Positions 33,544 to 44,134 of a stretch of DNA of 64,000 nt are shown piece by piece. The notes below the pieces were generated by a model. It was not told where the DNA came from and searched no databases. It saw nothing but the letters and a program-made list of their open reading frames with translations. Numbering within the stretch: position 1 is the first letter of the stretch; each line of letters begins with the position of its first letter. The DNA comes from an uncultured Gammaproteobacteria bacterium (GTDB lineage Bacteria > Patescibacteriota > Patescibacteriia > S139-126): contig CAZBLW010000001.1 of assembly GCA_964493305.1 (NCBI GenBank), forward strand, positions 113,484 to 177,483, given 5' to 3'. Made by a program: the position numbers and the translations under genes.

Positions 33544-35928
33544 ATGAACAAAAAGAAAAAATTTGTCTTACGCTTTCGGGAAATTAGAAATACTGATGTC
33601 GAAATTGTTGGCGGTAAAAATGCCTCATTAGGTGAAATGTATTCATTGCTTACAAAAAAAGGTGTCAACATTCCTAACGGCTTTGCCACCACTGCTTACG
33701 CTTATAGATATTTTTTAGATAAAGCGGGCATAAAAAAGGAAATAAGACGAATTTTATCTGATTTAGATGTATCTGACATCAGAAATTTACAAGCCAGAGG
33801 TAAACAAGTGAGAAATTTGATTTTAAGTTGTCAATTGCCAGCAGATTTGGAGCAAGAGATTATTCAGTATTATCATGAGTTATCCAAGGATTTCAAAGTA
33901 GCAGATGTTGATGTAGCCGTGCGTTCTTCAGCGACTGCTGAAGATTTGCCAGATGCTTCTTTTGCCGGTCAACAAGAAACTTATCTCAATATCAAAGGTG
34001 AGAAGGAATTATTGTTAGCAGTTAAAAAATGTATAGCTTCTTTGTTTACTGATCGGGCGATTGCTTATCGAGTAGAAAAAAAGTTTGATCATTTTAAGAT
34101 AGCTTTGACTGTTGGTATTCAAAAAATGGTTAGGTCAGATTTAGCAGCTTCGGGAGTGATGTTTTCGATTGATACCGAATCTGGTTTCAAAGATACCGTA
34201 CTGATCAATGCAATTTATGGTTTGGGTGAATACATAGTTCAGGGTATGGTCACGCCGGATGAATATTATGTTTTTAAGCCCACTTTAAAACAAGGTAAAA
34301 ATGCAATTATTTCCAAAACACTAGGACCTAAGACTAGAAAATTAGTTTACAATTTAAATGGTCCAGAGCCAGTAAAAGATATGACAGTAGCAAAATCAGC
34401 AGCCAATAAATTTGCGCTAACTGACAAAGAAGTAATGCAACTGGCACGTTGGGCAGTAATAATTGAGCAACATTATCAAAAGCCTATGGATATGGAATGG
34501 GCTAAGGATGGTCAGTCAGGAAAGCTTTATATTGTGCAAGCCAGACCAGAAACCGTACAATCACAGAAAAATATGGCAGTGGTAGAGGAGTTTAAATTAT
34601 TACAAAAAGGTAAAGTTATAGTTACTGGTTCCGCTGTTGGCAATAAAGTCGGTACAGGTAAGGTAAGTGTTATCATGAATGTAAAAGATATCCATAAATT
34701 TAAAACTGGTGATATCTTGGTAACCGACATGACTGATCCGGATTGGGTGCCAGTGATGAAAAAAGCAGCTGCTATTGTTACTGACGCGGGTGGGCGTACT
34801 TGTCATGCCGCCATTGTCTCCAGGGAATTAGGGATACCAGCGGTGGTTGGTACCGGTACTGCTAGTGCAGTTTTAAAAACCGGTCAAAAAGTAACTGTAT
34901 CTTGTGCTGAGGGTGAAGTGGGTAAGGTTTATGACGGCAATTTAAAGTATGAAGTAAAACGTACCAATATAAAAAATTTAAAAGCACCTCGAAAAGTCAA
35001 AGTTATGATGAATGTAGGCGAACCTGATCAAGCTTTTAATTTTTCTTTTATTCCCAATGCTGGCGTAGGGTTGGCGCGTGAAGAGTTTATCGTTAACACT
35101 TATATTAAAATTCATCCGCAAGCTTTACTTGATTATAAAAAATTGAAAGATAAAAAAGTTTTAGCCCAGATTGATAAAATTACATTAGGTTATACTGATA
35201 AAAAAAAGTTTTATGTTGATAAGTTGGCTGAAGGTATAGCCAGGATTGCCGCTGCTTTTTATCCCAAAGATGTAATTGTCAGGCTGTCTGATTTTAAAAC
35301 CAACGAATATGCCAACCTAATCGGTGGACTTAGCTATGAACCCAAAGAAGACAATCCTATGTTGGGTTGGCGGGGAGCTTCTAGATATTATGATCCTAAG
35401 TTTGTGGAAGTATTTAAACTAGAATGCGCAGCTTTGAAAAAAGTCAGAGAGGATATGGGACTTACCAATGTAAAGATTATGATTCCTTTTGTCAGGACAC
35501 TAGAAGAAGCAAAAAAGGTAATTGAGATTATGAGTACACAAGGTTTGAAGCGTGGACAGAATAAACTGCAACTTTATATGATGGTGGAAATTCCTTCCAA
35601 TGTCATACTAGCTAAAGAATTTGCTCGGATGTTTGATGGTTTTTCCATTGGTTCCAATGATTTAACCCAATTAACGCTTGGTTTAGATAGGGATGCTGGC
35701 ACCTTGGCTCATATTGGTAATGAACGTAATGAAGCTGTAAAAAGATTGATTGCCGAAGCTATCAAGGTAGCCAAACAATCCAAAACCAAGATTGGTATTT
35801 GTGGTCAAGGACCTTCGGACTTTCCTGATTTTGCCGAGTTTTTAGTCAGAGCAGGGATTGATTCGATCAGCTTAAATCCTGACTCGGTAATCAAGACCAT
35901 GATCATGTTGAATAAGAAAAAGTTATAA
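33544..35928 (+). CDS. ppsA: Phosphoenolpyruvate synthase (pyruvate, water dikinase)
   Basis: 794 aa; phosphohistidine domain GGRTCHAAIVSRELGIPAVVG; PEP-utilising C-domain. Confidence 0.85.
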   Translation: MNKKKKFVLRFREIRNTDVEIVGGKNASLGEMYSLLTKKGVNIPNGFATTAYAYRYFLDKAGIKKEIRRILSDLDVSDIRNLQARGKQVRNLILSCQLPADLEQEIIQYYHELSKDFKVADVDVAVRSSATAEDLPDASFAGQQETYLNIKGEKELLLAVKKCIASLFTDRAIAYRVEKKFDHFKIALTVGIQKMVRSDLAASGVMFSIDTESGFKDTVLINAIYGLGEYIVQGMVTPDEYYVFKPTLKQGKNAIISKTLGPKTRKLVYNLNGPEPVKDMTVAKSAANKFALTDKEVMQLARWAVIIEQHYQKPMDMEWAKDGQSGKLYIVQARPETVQSQKNMAVVEEFKLLQKGKVIVTGSAVGNKVGTGKVSVIMNVKDIHKFKTGDILVTDMTDPDWVPVMKKAAAIVTDAGGRTCHAAIVSRELGIPAVVGTGTASAVLKTGQKVTVSCAEGEVGKVYDGNLKYEVKRTNIKNLKAPRKVKVMMNVGEPDQAFNFSFIPNAGVGLAREEFIVNTYIKIHPQALLDYKKLKDKKVLAQIDKITLGYTDKKKFYVDKLAEGIARIAAAFYPKDVIVRLSDFKTNEYANLIGGLSYEPKEDNPMLGWRGASRYYDPKFVEVFKLECAALKKVREDMGLTNVKIMIPFVRTLEEAKKVIEIMSTQGLKRGQNKLQLYMMVEIPSNVILAKEFARMFDGFSIGSNDLTQLTLGLDRDAGTLAHIGNERNEAVKRLIAEAIKVAKQSKTKIGICGQGPSDFPDFAEFLVRAGIDSISLNPDSVIKTMIMLNKKKL

Positions 35929-35949
35929 TATTTTTTAATTTTTTTTTAA

Positions 35950-35980
35950 AACCCCAGCTAAATTGCCTGGGGTTTTTGTA
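35950..35980 (+). terminator. Rho-independent terminator after ppsA
   Basis: aaaaccccagg-...-cctggggttttt. Confidence 0.65.
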
Positions 35981-36070
35981 TTTACCATTGACAAAAAGTA
36001 ATTTTTATGCTAATATTAAGGCCTTGTTCCTTAATTAATTTATTTTTTACTAAATTTTCGGAGGATTTAT

Positions 36071-36328
36071 ATGTCAAAGAAAATCTCAATCGTACCGGTA
36101 CAAAAGAAAGATCAATCAGCTAATGAAATATTGGCACAAGCTACACAGGGTACCTGTGATTTTTTCTCTCTGGTTTTTTTTGATGATTCAGTAAGAATCA
36201 AAAATATTTGTTGTGACATCATTGTTAATGAAAATGGTTCTGCCAAGCACATACCATGTGCGAGTTCAATTGATTTAATACCGGGACAGAGATTTAAAGT
36301 TAATGAGTTTATGTTTAGAGTAGTTTAA
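36071..36328 (+). CDS. Hypothetical small protein
   Basis: 85 aa; good SD (ggagg) 6 nt upstream; terminator hairpin downstream at 36344-36372. Confidence 0.4.
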   Translation: MSKKISIVPVQKKDQSANEILAQATQGTCDFFSLVFFDDSVRIKNICCDIIVNENGSAKHIPCASSIDLIPGQRFKVNEFMFRVV

Positions 36329-36343
36329 TTAGTTAAAATTATA

Positions 36344-36372
36344 AGCCCAAAGTATACACTTTGGGCTTTTTT
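36344..36372 (+). terminator. Rho-independent terminator
   Basis: agcccaaagt-atac-actttgggct + T6. Confidence 0.6.
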
Positions 36373-36422
36373 CTTGATTTAATTTATAGTTTATAATAAT
36401 ATGTGTAGGCGTAATTAATTAC

Positions 36423-36513
36423 GGAGAGGTCGCATAGTGGTCTAGTGCGGTTGCTTGGAGAGCAACTAACGGTTCATAGCCGTTCGAGGGTTCGAATCCC
36501 TCCCTCTCCGCCA
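36423..36513 (+). tRNA. tRNA-Ser (anticodon GGA)
   Basis: GGAGAGGTCGCATAGTGG..., anticodon loop TTGGAGA, long variable arm, T-arm GAGGGTTCGAATCCCTC, CCA. Confidence 0.85.
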
Positions 36514-36614
36514 GTTCGTGCTAGCACGAACTACTTACGAAAAAGCACCCCATGAAAGGGTGTTTTTCTGTAAGGCTGGATTTTTTTCTTGTTATATTTT
36601 AAGATAACATAGTA

Positions 36615-36836
36615 ATGCAATCACATAATATGAAAGATGAGGCAGTAAAACTTGGAAAGAATCTTAAACGTATCCGTATCGAAAAAGGGATATCACAGGT
36701 TGATATAGCCCGATCTCTTAAAGTTAGTAGAGGTTTTATAAGTAATATAGAAAATGGTAAGACGAATCCTACGTTAGCAACCATTGCTAGAATAGCCAAA
36801 GCAGTGGGTGTATCAACCAATGAGCTTTTAAAATAA
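36615..36836 (+). CDS. XRE-family helix-turn-helix transcriptional regulator
   Basis: 73 aa; GISQVDIARSLKVSRGFISNIENGKTNP HTH_3 pattern. Confidence 0.75.
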   Translation: MQSHNMKDEAVKLGKNLKRIRIEKGISQVDIARSLKVSRGFISNIENGKTNPTLATIARIAKAVGVSTNELLK

Positions 36837-36839
36837 TCT

Positions 36840-38426
36840 ATGAATAAAAAAGATTCAAATTCAAACAGGACAAAAGAACAAGAACGTTCAGAGCTTCATC
36901 GTGCTATTTGGCAAATAGCTACAGATTTACGAGGAAGCGTAGACGGTTGGGATTTTAAACAGTACGTACTGGGTATGCTTTTTTATCGGTTTATTAGTGA
37001 AAATTTGACCAACTATATAAACGATGATGAGAGTCGATCAGGTAACAAGAATTTTGATTATGCCATGCTTTCAGATAAAGAAGCTGAGTTTGGTCGGGCT
37101 GATACAGTAAAAGAAAAAGGTTTTTATATTTTGCCAAGTGAGCTTTTTGTTAATGTTCGTAAAAAAGCTCGTAATGACGCAAACCTTAATGAGACGCTCG
37201 CGTCTGTTTTTAGAAATATTGAAAATTCGGCAAAGGGTGCTAGTAGTGAAGATGATTTGAAGGGCTTATTTGATGATGTTGATGTTAATTCCAATAAATT
37301 AGGAGGAACAGTAGAAAAAAGAAATCAAAAGCTTGTGAAGTTATTAGAAGCAGTTGGTGACCTTAAGCTTGGTAATTACTCTGATAATACAATAGATGCT
37401 TTCGGTGATGCCTATGAATTCTTAATGGCAATGTATGCTTCAAATGCTGGAAAGTCTGGCGGTGAATATTACACTCCGCAAGAAGTTAGTGAATTGCTAG
37501 CAGAAATTACGACAGTCGGTAAAAAAGAGGTAAATAAGGTTTATGATCCAGCCTGTGGTTCTGGTTCTTTACTTTTAAAATTTGCAAAAGTTTTAGGTAA
37601 AGAAAATGTACGTCTTGGATTTTTTGGTCAAGAAATTAACCTGACCACATATAACCTTTGCCGTATTAACATGTTTTTGCATGATATAAATTATAATCAT
37701 TTTGATATTGCTCATGGTGATACTCTTACCGATCCTAAACATTGGGACGATGAGCCATTTGATGCCATAGTGTCCAATCCGCCATATTCAATCAAATGGG
37801 ATGGTGATGCAAACCCTCTTTTGATTAATGACCCTCGTTTTTCGCCAGCTGGTGTATTGGCTCCAAAAAGTAAAGCCGATCTAGCTTTTACAATGCATAT
37901 GCTTTCATGGCTTTCCACCAGCGGTACGGCAGCGATTGTTGAATTTCCCGGGGTCCTGTATAGAGGTGGAGCTGAACAGAAGATTCGAAAATATCTTGTA
38001 GATAATAATTATATTGATACGGTTATTCAACTTCCGCCTGATTTATTTTTTGGGGTTACAATAGCTACATGTATCATTGTTTTAAAAAAGAGTAAGAAAG
38101 ATAATAAGGTATTGTTTATAGATGCTAGTAAAGAGTTTATTAGGGGTGGAAATAAAAACAAATTGAGCGATACAAACCGCACTAAGATTTTAGATACATT
38201 TAAAAATCGTAACGACATAGAATACTTTGCCAAACTAGTAGAAAACAAGACTGTGGCTGAGAATGATTATAATATTGCGGTATCAAGTTATGTTGATATG
38301 CAGGACATTAGAGAAAAGGTGAATATCAAAGAGTTAAATAAAAAAATTGCTGAAATAGTTTCAAAACAAAATGATTTACGTAAGTCTATTGATAAGATTG
38401 TTAATGATATTGAGGGATCTAAGTAA
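36840..38426 (+). CDS. hsdM: Type I restriction-modification system methyltransferase subunit
   Basis: 528 aa; N6-adenine MTase motifs (DPACGSGSLL motif I, NPPYS motif IV); HsdM N-terminal domain. Confidence 0.9.
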   Translation: MNKKDSNSNRTKEQERSELHRAIWQIATDLRGSVDGWDFKQYVLGMLFYRFISENLTNYINDDESRSGNKNFDYAMLSDKEAEFGRADTVKEKGFYILPSELFVNVRKKARNDANLNETLASVFRNIENSAKGASSEDDLKGLFDDVDVNSNKLGGTVEKRNQKLVKLLEAVGDLKLGNYSDNTIDAFGDAYEFLMAMYASNAGKSGGEYYTPQEVSELLAEITTVGKKEVNKVYDPACGSGSLLLKFAKVLGKENVRLGFFGQEINLTTYNLCRINMFLHDINYNHFDIAHGDTLTDPKHWDDEPFDAIVSNPPYSIKWDGDANPLLINDPRFSPAGVLAPKSKADLAFTMHMLSWLSTSGTAAIVEFPGVLYRGGAEQKIRKYLVDNNYIDTVIQLPPDLFFGVTIATCIIVLKKSKKDNKVLFIDASKEFIRGGNKNKLSDTNRTKILDTFKNRNDIEYFAKLVENKTVAENDYNIAVSSYVDMQDIREKVNIKELNKKIAEIVSKQNDLRKSIDKIVNDIEGSK

Positions 38427-38432
38427 GAATGT

Positions 38433-39890
38433 ATGTATATATCAAAAATTAAATTTCATAATTTTAAAGGATTCAAGGGGGATCACGAGCTTAATTTTGA
38501 TAAAGGTATAAATTTTTTTGTTGGTGACAATAATTGTGGTAAATCAACGGTTTTTGAAGCAATCGATTTTATTTGTGCAAAGAAGGAAAGAAATGAAGTT
38601 ATTACTAAAACGGAAATTGAAGGTGATGATTTTGTTTCAGTTGAGATTGAATTTAGGGGTGAGGATATTAAACCTCTTATTGCCACAGAGGCATTAAAGA
38701 AATATGAATCATCTATTATAGAAGCCGCTGACCAGACTATTTTACGGGTGATGCGATCCAGTGAAGAAACAGAAATTACGCAGGGTGGTAAAAAAAAGAA
38801 TCTTGACATTAAGAATGTTCGTGTTTTTAACCCAACTTCTAGCCAGTTTGAAAACCCTACAGGAATTGATAATACAATTACAGCATTATTTGATGCACAA
38901 TTTGTTTGGGCTGATACTAATCCTGGCGATATTTCAGATTTTTCAAAAACTAAAATATGCGGAAAAATTATAAATGTGATCACTCAGGATTTTGTTAACT
39001 CTCAAACTTGGAAAAAATTTAGGGATTCCCATAAAGAAACTTTTGGCGATGGAGCAAATAGTCTAGCCACCACACTTAAACCGATTGAAGAGAAATTAAA
39101 GACTATTTTAACAGAACAGTACGGGGATACTGAGGTTAGATTTAGTTTTTCTCTCCCAGAAATAGAGAGTTTTTTTAAAACCGGAAATATTGATTTGTCG
39201 GAAGATGGTATTGAGACGAAGAGCTCGGAAAAAGGTACGGGTATGCAAAGGGCATTGGCCCTAGCACTTATTCAAGTATATGCTGACATTTCATCATCTA
39301 ATGGGGAAGATATTTCAAAGCCAATTCTATTCTTTATTGATGAACCGGAGACTTTTTTACATCCAAGAGCACAAAATAAGCTTCTTGATGCACTAGAGAA
39401 AATATCGGATAAATCACAAATTTTTATTATCACTCATTCCCCATATTTGTTAAAAAAATATAAAAAAGAAACCCATTCAATGAATGTTTTTTCAAAAGAG
39501 GCAGGATTAAACAAGGCTGAAGAAGGTAAGGAGTTTGATTTATTTGGAACGTCGAGTCCTACATGGGGAGAAATTAACTATTATGCCTTTGGAGTTCTGT
39601 CTGTCGAATTTCATAACGAACTGTATGGTTTTATTCAAGCAAAGGCGATTCTGGAAGATGAAAAAAATTATTTTGAAGAAGAATTCGAAAAGTACTTAGT
39701 TAATAAAGGCATTGTGCAGGATCAGCCATATATCCGTCTGAAAAAAGATGGCACTACAGAAAACCAGACAAGAACTTTACCAACGAAAATTAGAAATATT
39801 ATTCACCATCCAGACAACACATACAATACAAAATATACTGACGAAGAATTAAAAAGCTCTATCGAGTCTCTAATACCGCTATTGAAATGA
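38433..39890 (+). CDS. ABC/AAA15-type ATPase with C-terminal HEPN-like R-N-x3-H motif; PrrC/RloC-like candidate, a restriction-linked ORF nested in the type I R-M operon
   Basis: Walker [10 protein letters not shown] (aa 31-39), Walker B/D-loop [13 protein letters not shown]-loop ITHSP. C-terminal ~150 aa end with [11 protein letters not shown] (R-N-I-I-H-H). Confidence 0.5.
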   Translation: MYISKIKFHNFKGFKGDHELNFDKGINFFVGDNNCGKSTVFEAIDFICAKKERNEVITKTEIEGDDFVSVEIEFRGEDIKPLIATEALKKYESSIIEAADQTILRVMRSSEETEITQGGKKKNLDIKNVRVFNPTSSQFENPTGIDNTITALFDAQFVWADTNPGDISDFSKTKICGKIINVITQDFVNSQTWKKFRDSHKETFGDGANSLATTLKPIEEKLKTILTEQYGDTEVRFSFSLPEIESFFKTGNIDLSEDGIETKSSEKGTGMQRALALALIQVYADISSSNGEDISKPILFFIDEPETFLHPRAQNKLLDALEKISDKSQIFIITHSPYLLKKYKKETHSMNVFSKEAGLNKAEEGKEFDLFGTSSPTWGEINYYAFGVLSVEFHNELYGFIQAKAILEDEKNYFEEEFEKYLVNKGIVQDQPYIRLKKDGTTENQTRTLPTKIRNIIHHPDNTYNTKYTDEELKSSIESLIPLLK

Positions 39891-41086
39891 CTAAACATCA
39901 AAGTAAAATTGAAAAATTAATCAATCAGTTATGCCCACAAGGTGTGGAATTTAAAGAGTTGGGGCAAATTTTGGATTATGAACAGCCAACTAAATATATA
40001 GTTAATTCCACTCGGTATAATGATGATTATGAAATCCCTGTTTTAACTGCTGGTCAAAGTTTTATTTTAGGTTACACAGATGAAATTGAGGGAGTATATG
40101 AATCTGGTAAAAAAAATCCAGTAATTATTTTTGATGATTTTACAACATCATTTCATTGGGTTGATTTTAATTTTAAAGTAAAGTCATCAGCAATGAAAAT
40201 GTTGAGGCCACATGAAGATGTTAAAGTAGACTTTAAATTTGTATATTATGCCATGAAGTGCATTAATTATGTTCCGCAAGATCATGCACGTCATTGGATA
40301 TCAAAGTATTCAAAATTTAAGATTCCTTTTCCACCTATCACAATTCAACAGGAAATAGTTCGTGTGCTAGACTCTTTTACAGAGCTGGAAGCAGAGCTGG
40401 AAGCAGAGCTGGAAGCAGAGCTGGAAGCAAGAAAGAGGCAATATGAGTATTATCGAAATGAATTATTTATATTTGATCAGAGCGTGAAATTTAAACATAT
40501 CAAAGAACTTTCTTTAGAAACTTTTTGGATAATGCCAGCAACTCCAAATTTTACATCCGATGGTAATGTGCCATATATCACATCAAAAAATATAAGAAGT
40601 GGTAACATAGATTTTACGAACGTAAAGAAGATATCAAGACAATCTTTTTTAAATATATCTAAAAATCGACCAATAGTTCGAGATGATATTTTGATAAGTA
40701 TGATTGGTACTATAGGTGAAGTTGCACGTGTTAAAGATAGTGATTTGGAGTTTTATGGTCAAAATATGTATCTTGTAAGATTGAATCAGGAGAAGATAGA
40801 CGTAGGTTATTTTTTACACTTTTTTGACTCAGATAAAATGAAAAACTACTTTGGCTCTATAAAGAATAGGTCCAGTCAAGGTTATCTAAAGGCTGGTCAA
40901 GTAGAATCTATTAAAATTCCAGTACCAGTATTAAGTGAACAAAAAAGAATAGCGGCCATATTAGATAAATTCGATGACCTTGTTAATGATATTTCAATTG
41001 GATTGCCAGCTGAAATTAAAGCTAGAAAATTACAGTATGAGTATTACAGAAGTAAACTTTTAACTTTTGCAGAATATGCCAGTTAA
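39887..41086 (+). CDS. hsdS: Type I restriction-modification system specificity subunit
   Basis: 399 aa; two TRDs separated by a central conserved region (…[29 protein letters not shown]) and a C-terminal conserved region ([16 protein letters not shown]). Confidence 0.85.
   Translation: MTKHQSKIEKLINQLCPQGVEFKELGQILDYEQPTKYIVNSTRYNDDYEIPVLTAGQSFILGYTDEIEGVYESGKKNPVIIFDDFTTSFHWVDFNFKVKSSAMKMLRPHEDVKVDFKFVYYAMKCINYVPQDHARHWISKYSKFKIPFPPITIQQEIVRVLDSFTELEAELEAELEAELEARKRQYEYYRNELFIFDQSVKFKHIKELSLETFWIMPATPNFTSDGNVPYITSKNIRSGNIDFTNVKKISRQSFLNISKNRPIVRDDILISMIGTIGEVARVKDSDLEFYGQNMYLVRLNQEKIDVGYFLHFFDSDKMKNYFGSIKNRSSQGYLKAGQVESIKIPVPVLSEQKRIAAILDKFDDLVNDISIGLPAEIKARKLQYEYYRSKLLTFAEYAS
40382..40429 (+). 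repeat. Perfect 4x tandem 12-bp repeat (gagctggaagca) encoding (ELEA)4 in the central conserved region of hsdS
   Basis: Directly visible tandem repeat; in-frame (12 nt). Confidence 0.9.
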
Positions 41087-44000
41087 TAAATACAATTTAG
41101 TTGCCGAAAATTCCCAAAGCACAGTAGTAGCGGAATATACACCAGACAAAAAGCGCTCTAAAAATTACCAAAGCGAGGCAGAATTAGAGAGTGCTTTTAT
41201 CGAGTTACTTAAAACGCAGGCCTATGATTATTTGACTATTACGTCTGAGGATGATCTGATATCAAATTTACGCAAGCAGTTGGAAAAACTTAATGGTTTT
41301 GAATTTAGTGATTCGGAATGGAGTCAGTTTTTTGAAAGTGAGATTGCTAATCCAAATCAGGGTATTGAAGAAAAGACAGAAACTATTCAAGAAGATTATA
41401 TTAAAAATTTAACCCGTGATGACGGCACGGTTAAAAATGTATATCTTTTGAAAAAAGATAATATACACGACAATAATTTACAGGTCATTAACCAATATGC
41501 AACTGAGAAGGGTCAACGAGCTAATCGCTATGATGTAACAGTTCTTGTTAATGGTTTACCACTAGTACACATTGAGCTTAAGCGTCGTGGTGTAGCTATA
41601 CAGGAGGCTTTCAATCAAATTAATCGTTACCAACGAGAGAGTTTTTGGGCTGCGTCTGGCCTTTTTGAATATGTACAGTTATTTGTCATTTCCAATGGCA
41701 CTCATACAAAATACTATAGCAACACTACTCGTTTAGAACATATCAAAGAATCAGTTGAAGGATCAGTCAAAAAGGGCAAAAAGACAAGTAATAGTTTTGA
41801 ATTTACAAGCTGGTGGGCGGATGCTACTAACCGTCCAATTATGGATTTAATGGACTTTGGTAAAACTTTTTTTGCCAAGCATGCTATTTTGAATATTTTG
41901 ACTCGCTATTGTGTATTTACAACAGATCGCTTGTTGCTTGTTATGCGACCCTACCAAATTGTTGCAACAGAAAGAATATTAAATAGGGTAGAAGTTAGCA
42001 CAAACTACAAAAAACTTGGCACTGTTGAGGCCGGTGGGTATGTGTGGCATACTACTGGATCTGGCAAAACGTTAACCAGTTTTAAAACAGCTCAGTTAAT
42101 TAGTAAATTGTCAGATGTTGAAAAAGTATTATTTATTGTCGATCGTAAGGATTTAGATTATCAGACAATGCGGGAATATGACAAGTTTGAAAAAGGGGCG
42201 GCCAATAGTAACACCAGTACGGCAATTTTAAAAAAACAAATTGAAAATCCTAATACTCGTATAATTATTACTACTATCCAAAAGTTGGATCGTTTTATCG
42301 CCCGTAACGGAGGCCATAATATTTTCAACGGGCATGTTGTTTTAATTTTTGATGAATGTCATCGTTCTCAATTTGGTGAGATGCACGCAGCCATTACAAA
42401 GTCATTTAAAAATTATCACATCTTTGGTTTTACGGGTACGCCGATTTTTGCAGTTAACGCTTCATCAAGCGGGCGACCAGATTTAAGGACTACCGAGCAA
42501 GCCTTTGGTGATAAACTACATACCTATACTATTGTTGATGCTATTGCTGATAAAAACGTTTTGCCGTTTAAGGTTGATTATGTTTCTACGGTGCGAGAAG
42601 CGGAAGACATCGAAGACAAAAAGGTTAGTGATATTGATCGTGAGGCGGTACTGTCTTCGCCTGAACGTTTGTCTAAAATTGTTGGTTACATTCGTGAACA
42701 TTTTGATCAAAAAACTAAACGTAACAGTTTTTATAAACTAAAAGATAGACGTCTAGCTGGCTTTAATTCCATTTTTGCTGTTTCTTCAATTGACGTTGCT
42801 AAAAAGTATTATGCGGAATTCAAAAAGCAATTGGCTGATTTGCCAAGTGATAAACAGCTTAAAGTTGCTTTGATTTACAGCTTTGGTGTAAATGACGAAG
42901 ACGCTGACGGCATGATTGATGAAAATTTAGAAGATACCAGCGGACTGGATAAAAGTTCACGTGACTTTTTAGATAGTGCTATTTCAGATTATAATTTAAT
43001 GTTTGGCACTTCTTATGACACTTCTTCTGATAAGTTTCAAAATTACTATAAAGATGTAAGTCAGCGGGTAAAAGATAGGGAAATTGATATTCTTATCGTG
43101 GTCAATATGTTTTTGACTGGTTTTGATGCAACAACGCTTAATACTCTTTGGGTAGATAAAAACTTGCGATTGCATGGACTATTGCAGGCTTATTCTCGTA
43201 CCAATAGAATTCTAAATAGCATAAAAACATTTGGTAATATTATTTGCTTCCGTAATTTAGAAAAAGCAACTAATGAATCAATCGCTCTTTTTGGCGACAA
43301 GGAAGCAAGCGGTATTGTTCTTTTGAAATCATACGAGGAATATTATCATGGTTATAAAGACGGTAAAAAAGAAGTACGTGGTTATGAGAGTTTGGTTAAT
43401 GAGCTGTTAGAAAAGTTTCCTGTCAGCGAACGAATCATGGGCGAACAAGATCAGAAAGATTTTATTAGGCTATATAGTGCTATTTTAAGAGTGCGTAATA
43501 TTCTAGTAACCTTTGATGAGTTTGCTGGCAACGAGATTTTAACTGAGCGTGATGTTCAGGATTACCATAGCATGTATATTGATTTGTATAATGAGTTTAA
43601 AAAAGCGGTTGAAAATGAAAAAGAAAATATCAACGAGGATTTAGTATTTGAAATGGAGCTTATTAAACAGATTGAGATCAATATTGACTATGTTTTGGGA
43701 TTGATCAAAAAATATCATGAAGATCATACTAAGAATCGAGAAATTCTATTAGATATAAATAAGGCGATTGATTCTAGTGTTGGGTTACGTAATAAGAAAG
43801 ATCTCATCAATAAATTTATTACCTCCCTTGACGTTCATTCGGTTGTTGATGATGATTGGAAGAAATTTGTTGAAAAGAAGAAGCTTGAAGAGCTTGATGA
43901 AATCATTGCTAAGGAAAATCTTGATCGAGACGCAACTTATAAATTTATAAAAAATGCATTTCGTGATGGAGGTATTGCAACCGCTGGTACGGCCATAACT

Positions 44001-44126
44001 AAAGTTTTACCACCTGTATCTCGTTTTTCTCCGACTGGTGAGCGTAGTAAAAAGCGTGATAGTGTTTTAGGTAAACTAACAATTTTTTTTGAAAGATTCT
44101 TTGATATTTCAGAAGGTAATTTTTAA
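41067..44126 (+). CDS. hsdR: Type I restriction enzyme endonuclease/helicase subunit
   Basis: 1019 aa; Walker [13 protein letters not shown]-box FDECHRS, SF2 helicase motifs; overlaps the hsdS stop. Confidence 0.9.
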   Translation: MQNMPVNKYNLVAENSQSTVVAEYTPDKKRSKNYQSEAELESAFIELLKTQAYDYLTITSEDDLISNLRKQLEKLNGFEFSDSEWSQFFESEIANPNQGIEEKTETIQEDYIKNLTRDDGTVKNVYLLKKDNIHDNNLQVINQYATEKGQRANRYDVTVLVNGLPLVHIELKRRGVAIQEAFNQINRYQRESFWAASGLFEYVQLFVISNGTHTKYYSNTTRLEHIKESVEGSVKKGKKTSNSFEFTSWWADATNRPIMDLMDFGKTFFAKHAILNILTRYCVFTTDRLLLVMRPYQIVATERILNRVEVSTNYKKLGTVEAGGYVWHTTGSGKTLTSFKTAQLISKLSDVEKVLFIVDRKDLDYQTMREYDKFEKGAANSNTSTAILKKQIENPNTRIIITTIQKLDRFIARNGGHNIFNGHVVLIFDECHRSQFGEMHAAITKSFKNYHIFGFTGTPIFAVNASSSGRPDLRTTEQAFGDKLHTYTIVDAIADKNVLPFKVDYVSTVREAEDIEDKKVSDIDREAVLSSPERLSKIVGYIREHFDQKTKRNSFYKLKDRRLAGFNSIFAVSSIDVAKKYYAEFKKQLADLPSDKQLKVALIYSFGVNDEDADGMIDENLEDTSGLDKSSRDFLDSAISDYNLMFGTSYDTSSDKFQNYYKDVSQRVKDREIDILIVVNMFLTGFDATTLNTLWVDKNLRLHGLLQAYSRTNRILNSIKTFGNIICFRNLEKATNESIALFGDKEASGIVLLKSYEEYYHGYKDGKKEVRGYESLVNELLEKFPVSERIMGEQDQKDFIRLYSAILRVRNILVTFDEFAGNEILTERDVQDYHSMYIDLYNEFKKAVENEKENINEDLVFEMELIKQIEINIDYVLGLIKKYHEDHTKNREILLDINKAIDSSVGLRNKKDLINKFITSLDVHSVVDDDWKKFVEKKKLEELDEIIAKENLDRDATYKFIKNAFRDGGIATAGTAITKVLPPVSRFSPTGERSKKRDSVLGKLTIFFERFFDISEGNF

Positions 44127-44134
44127 TATAGTTG

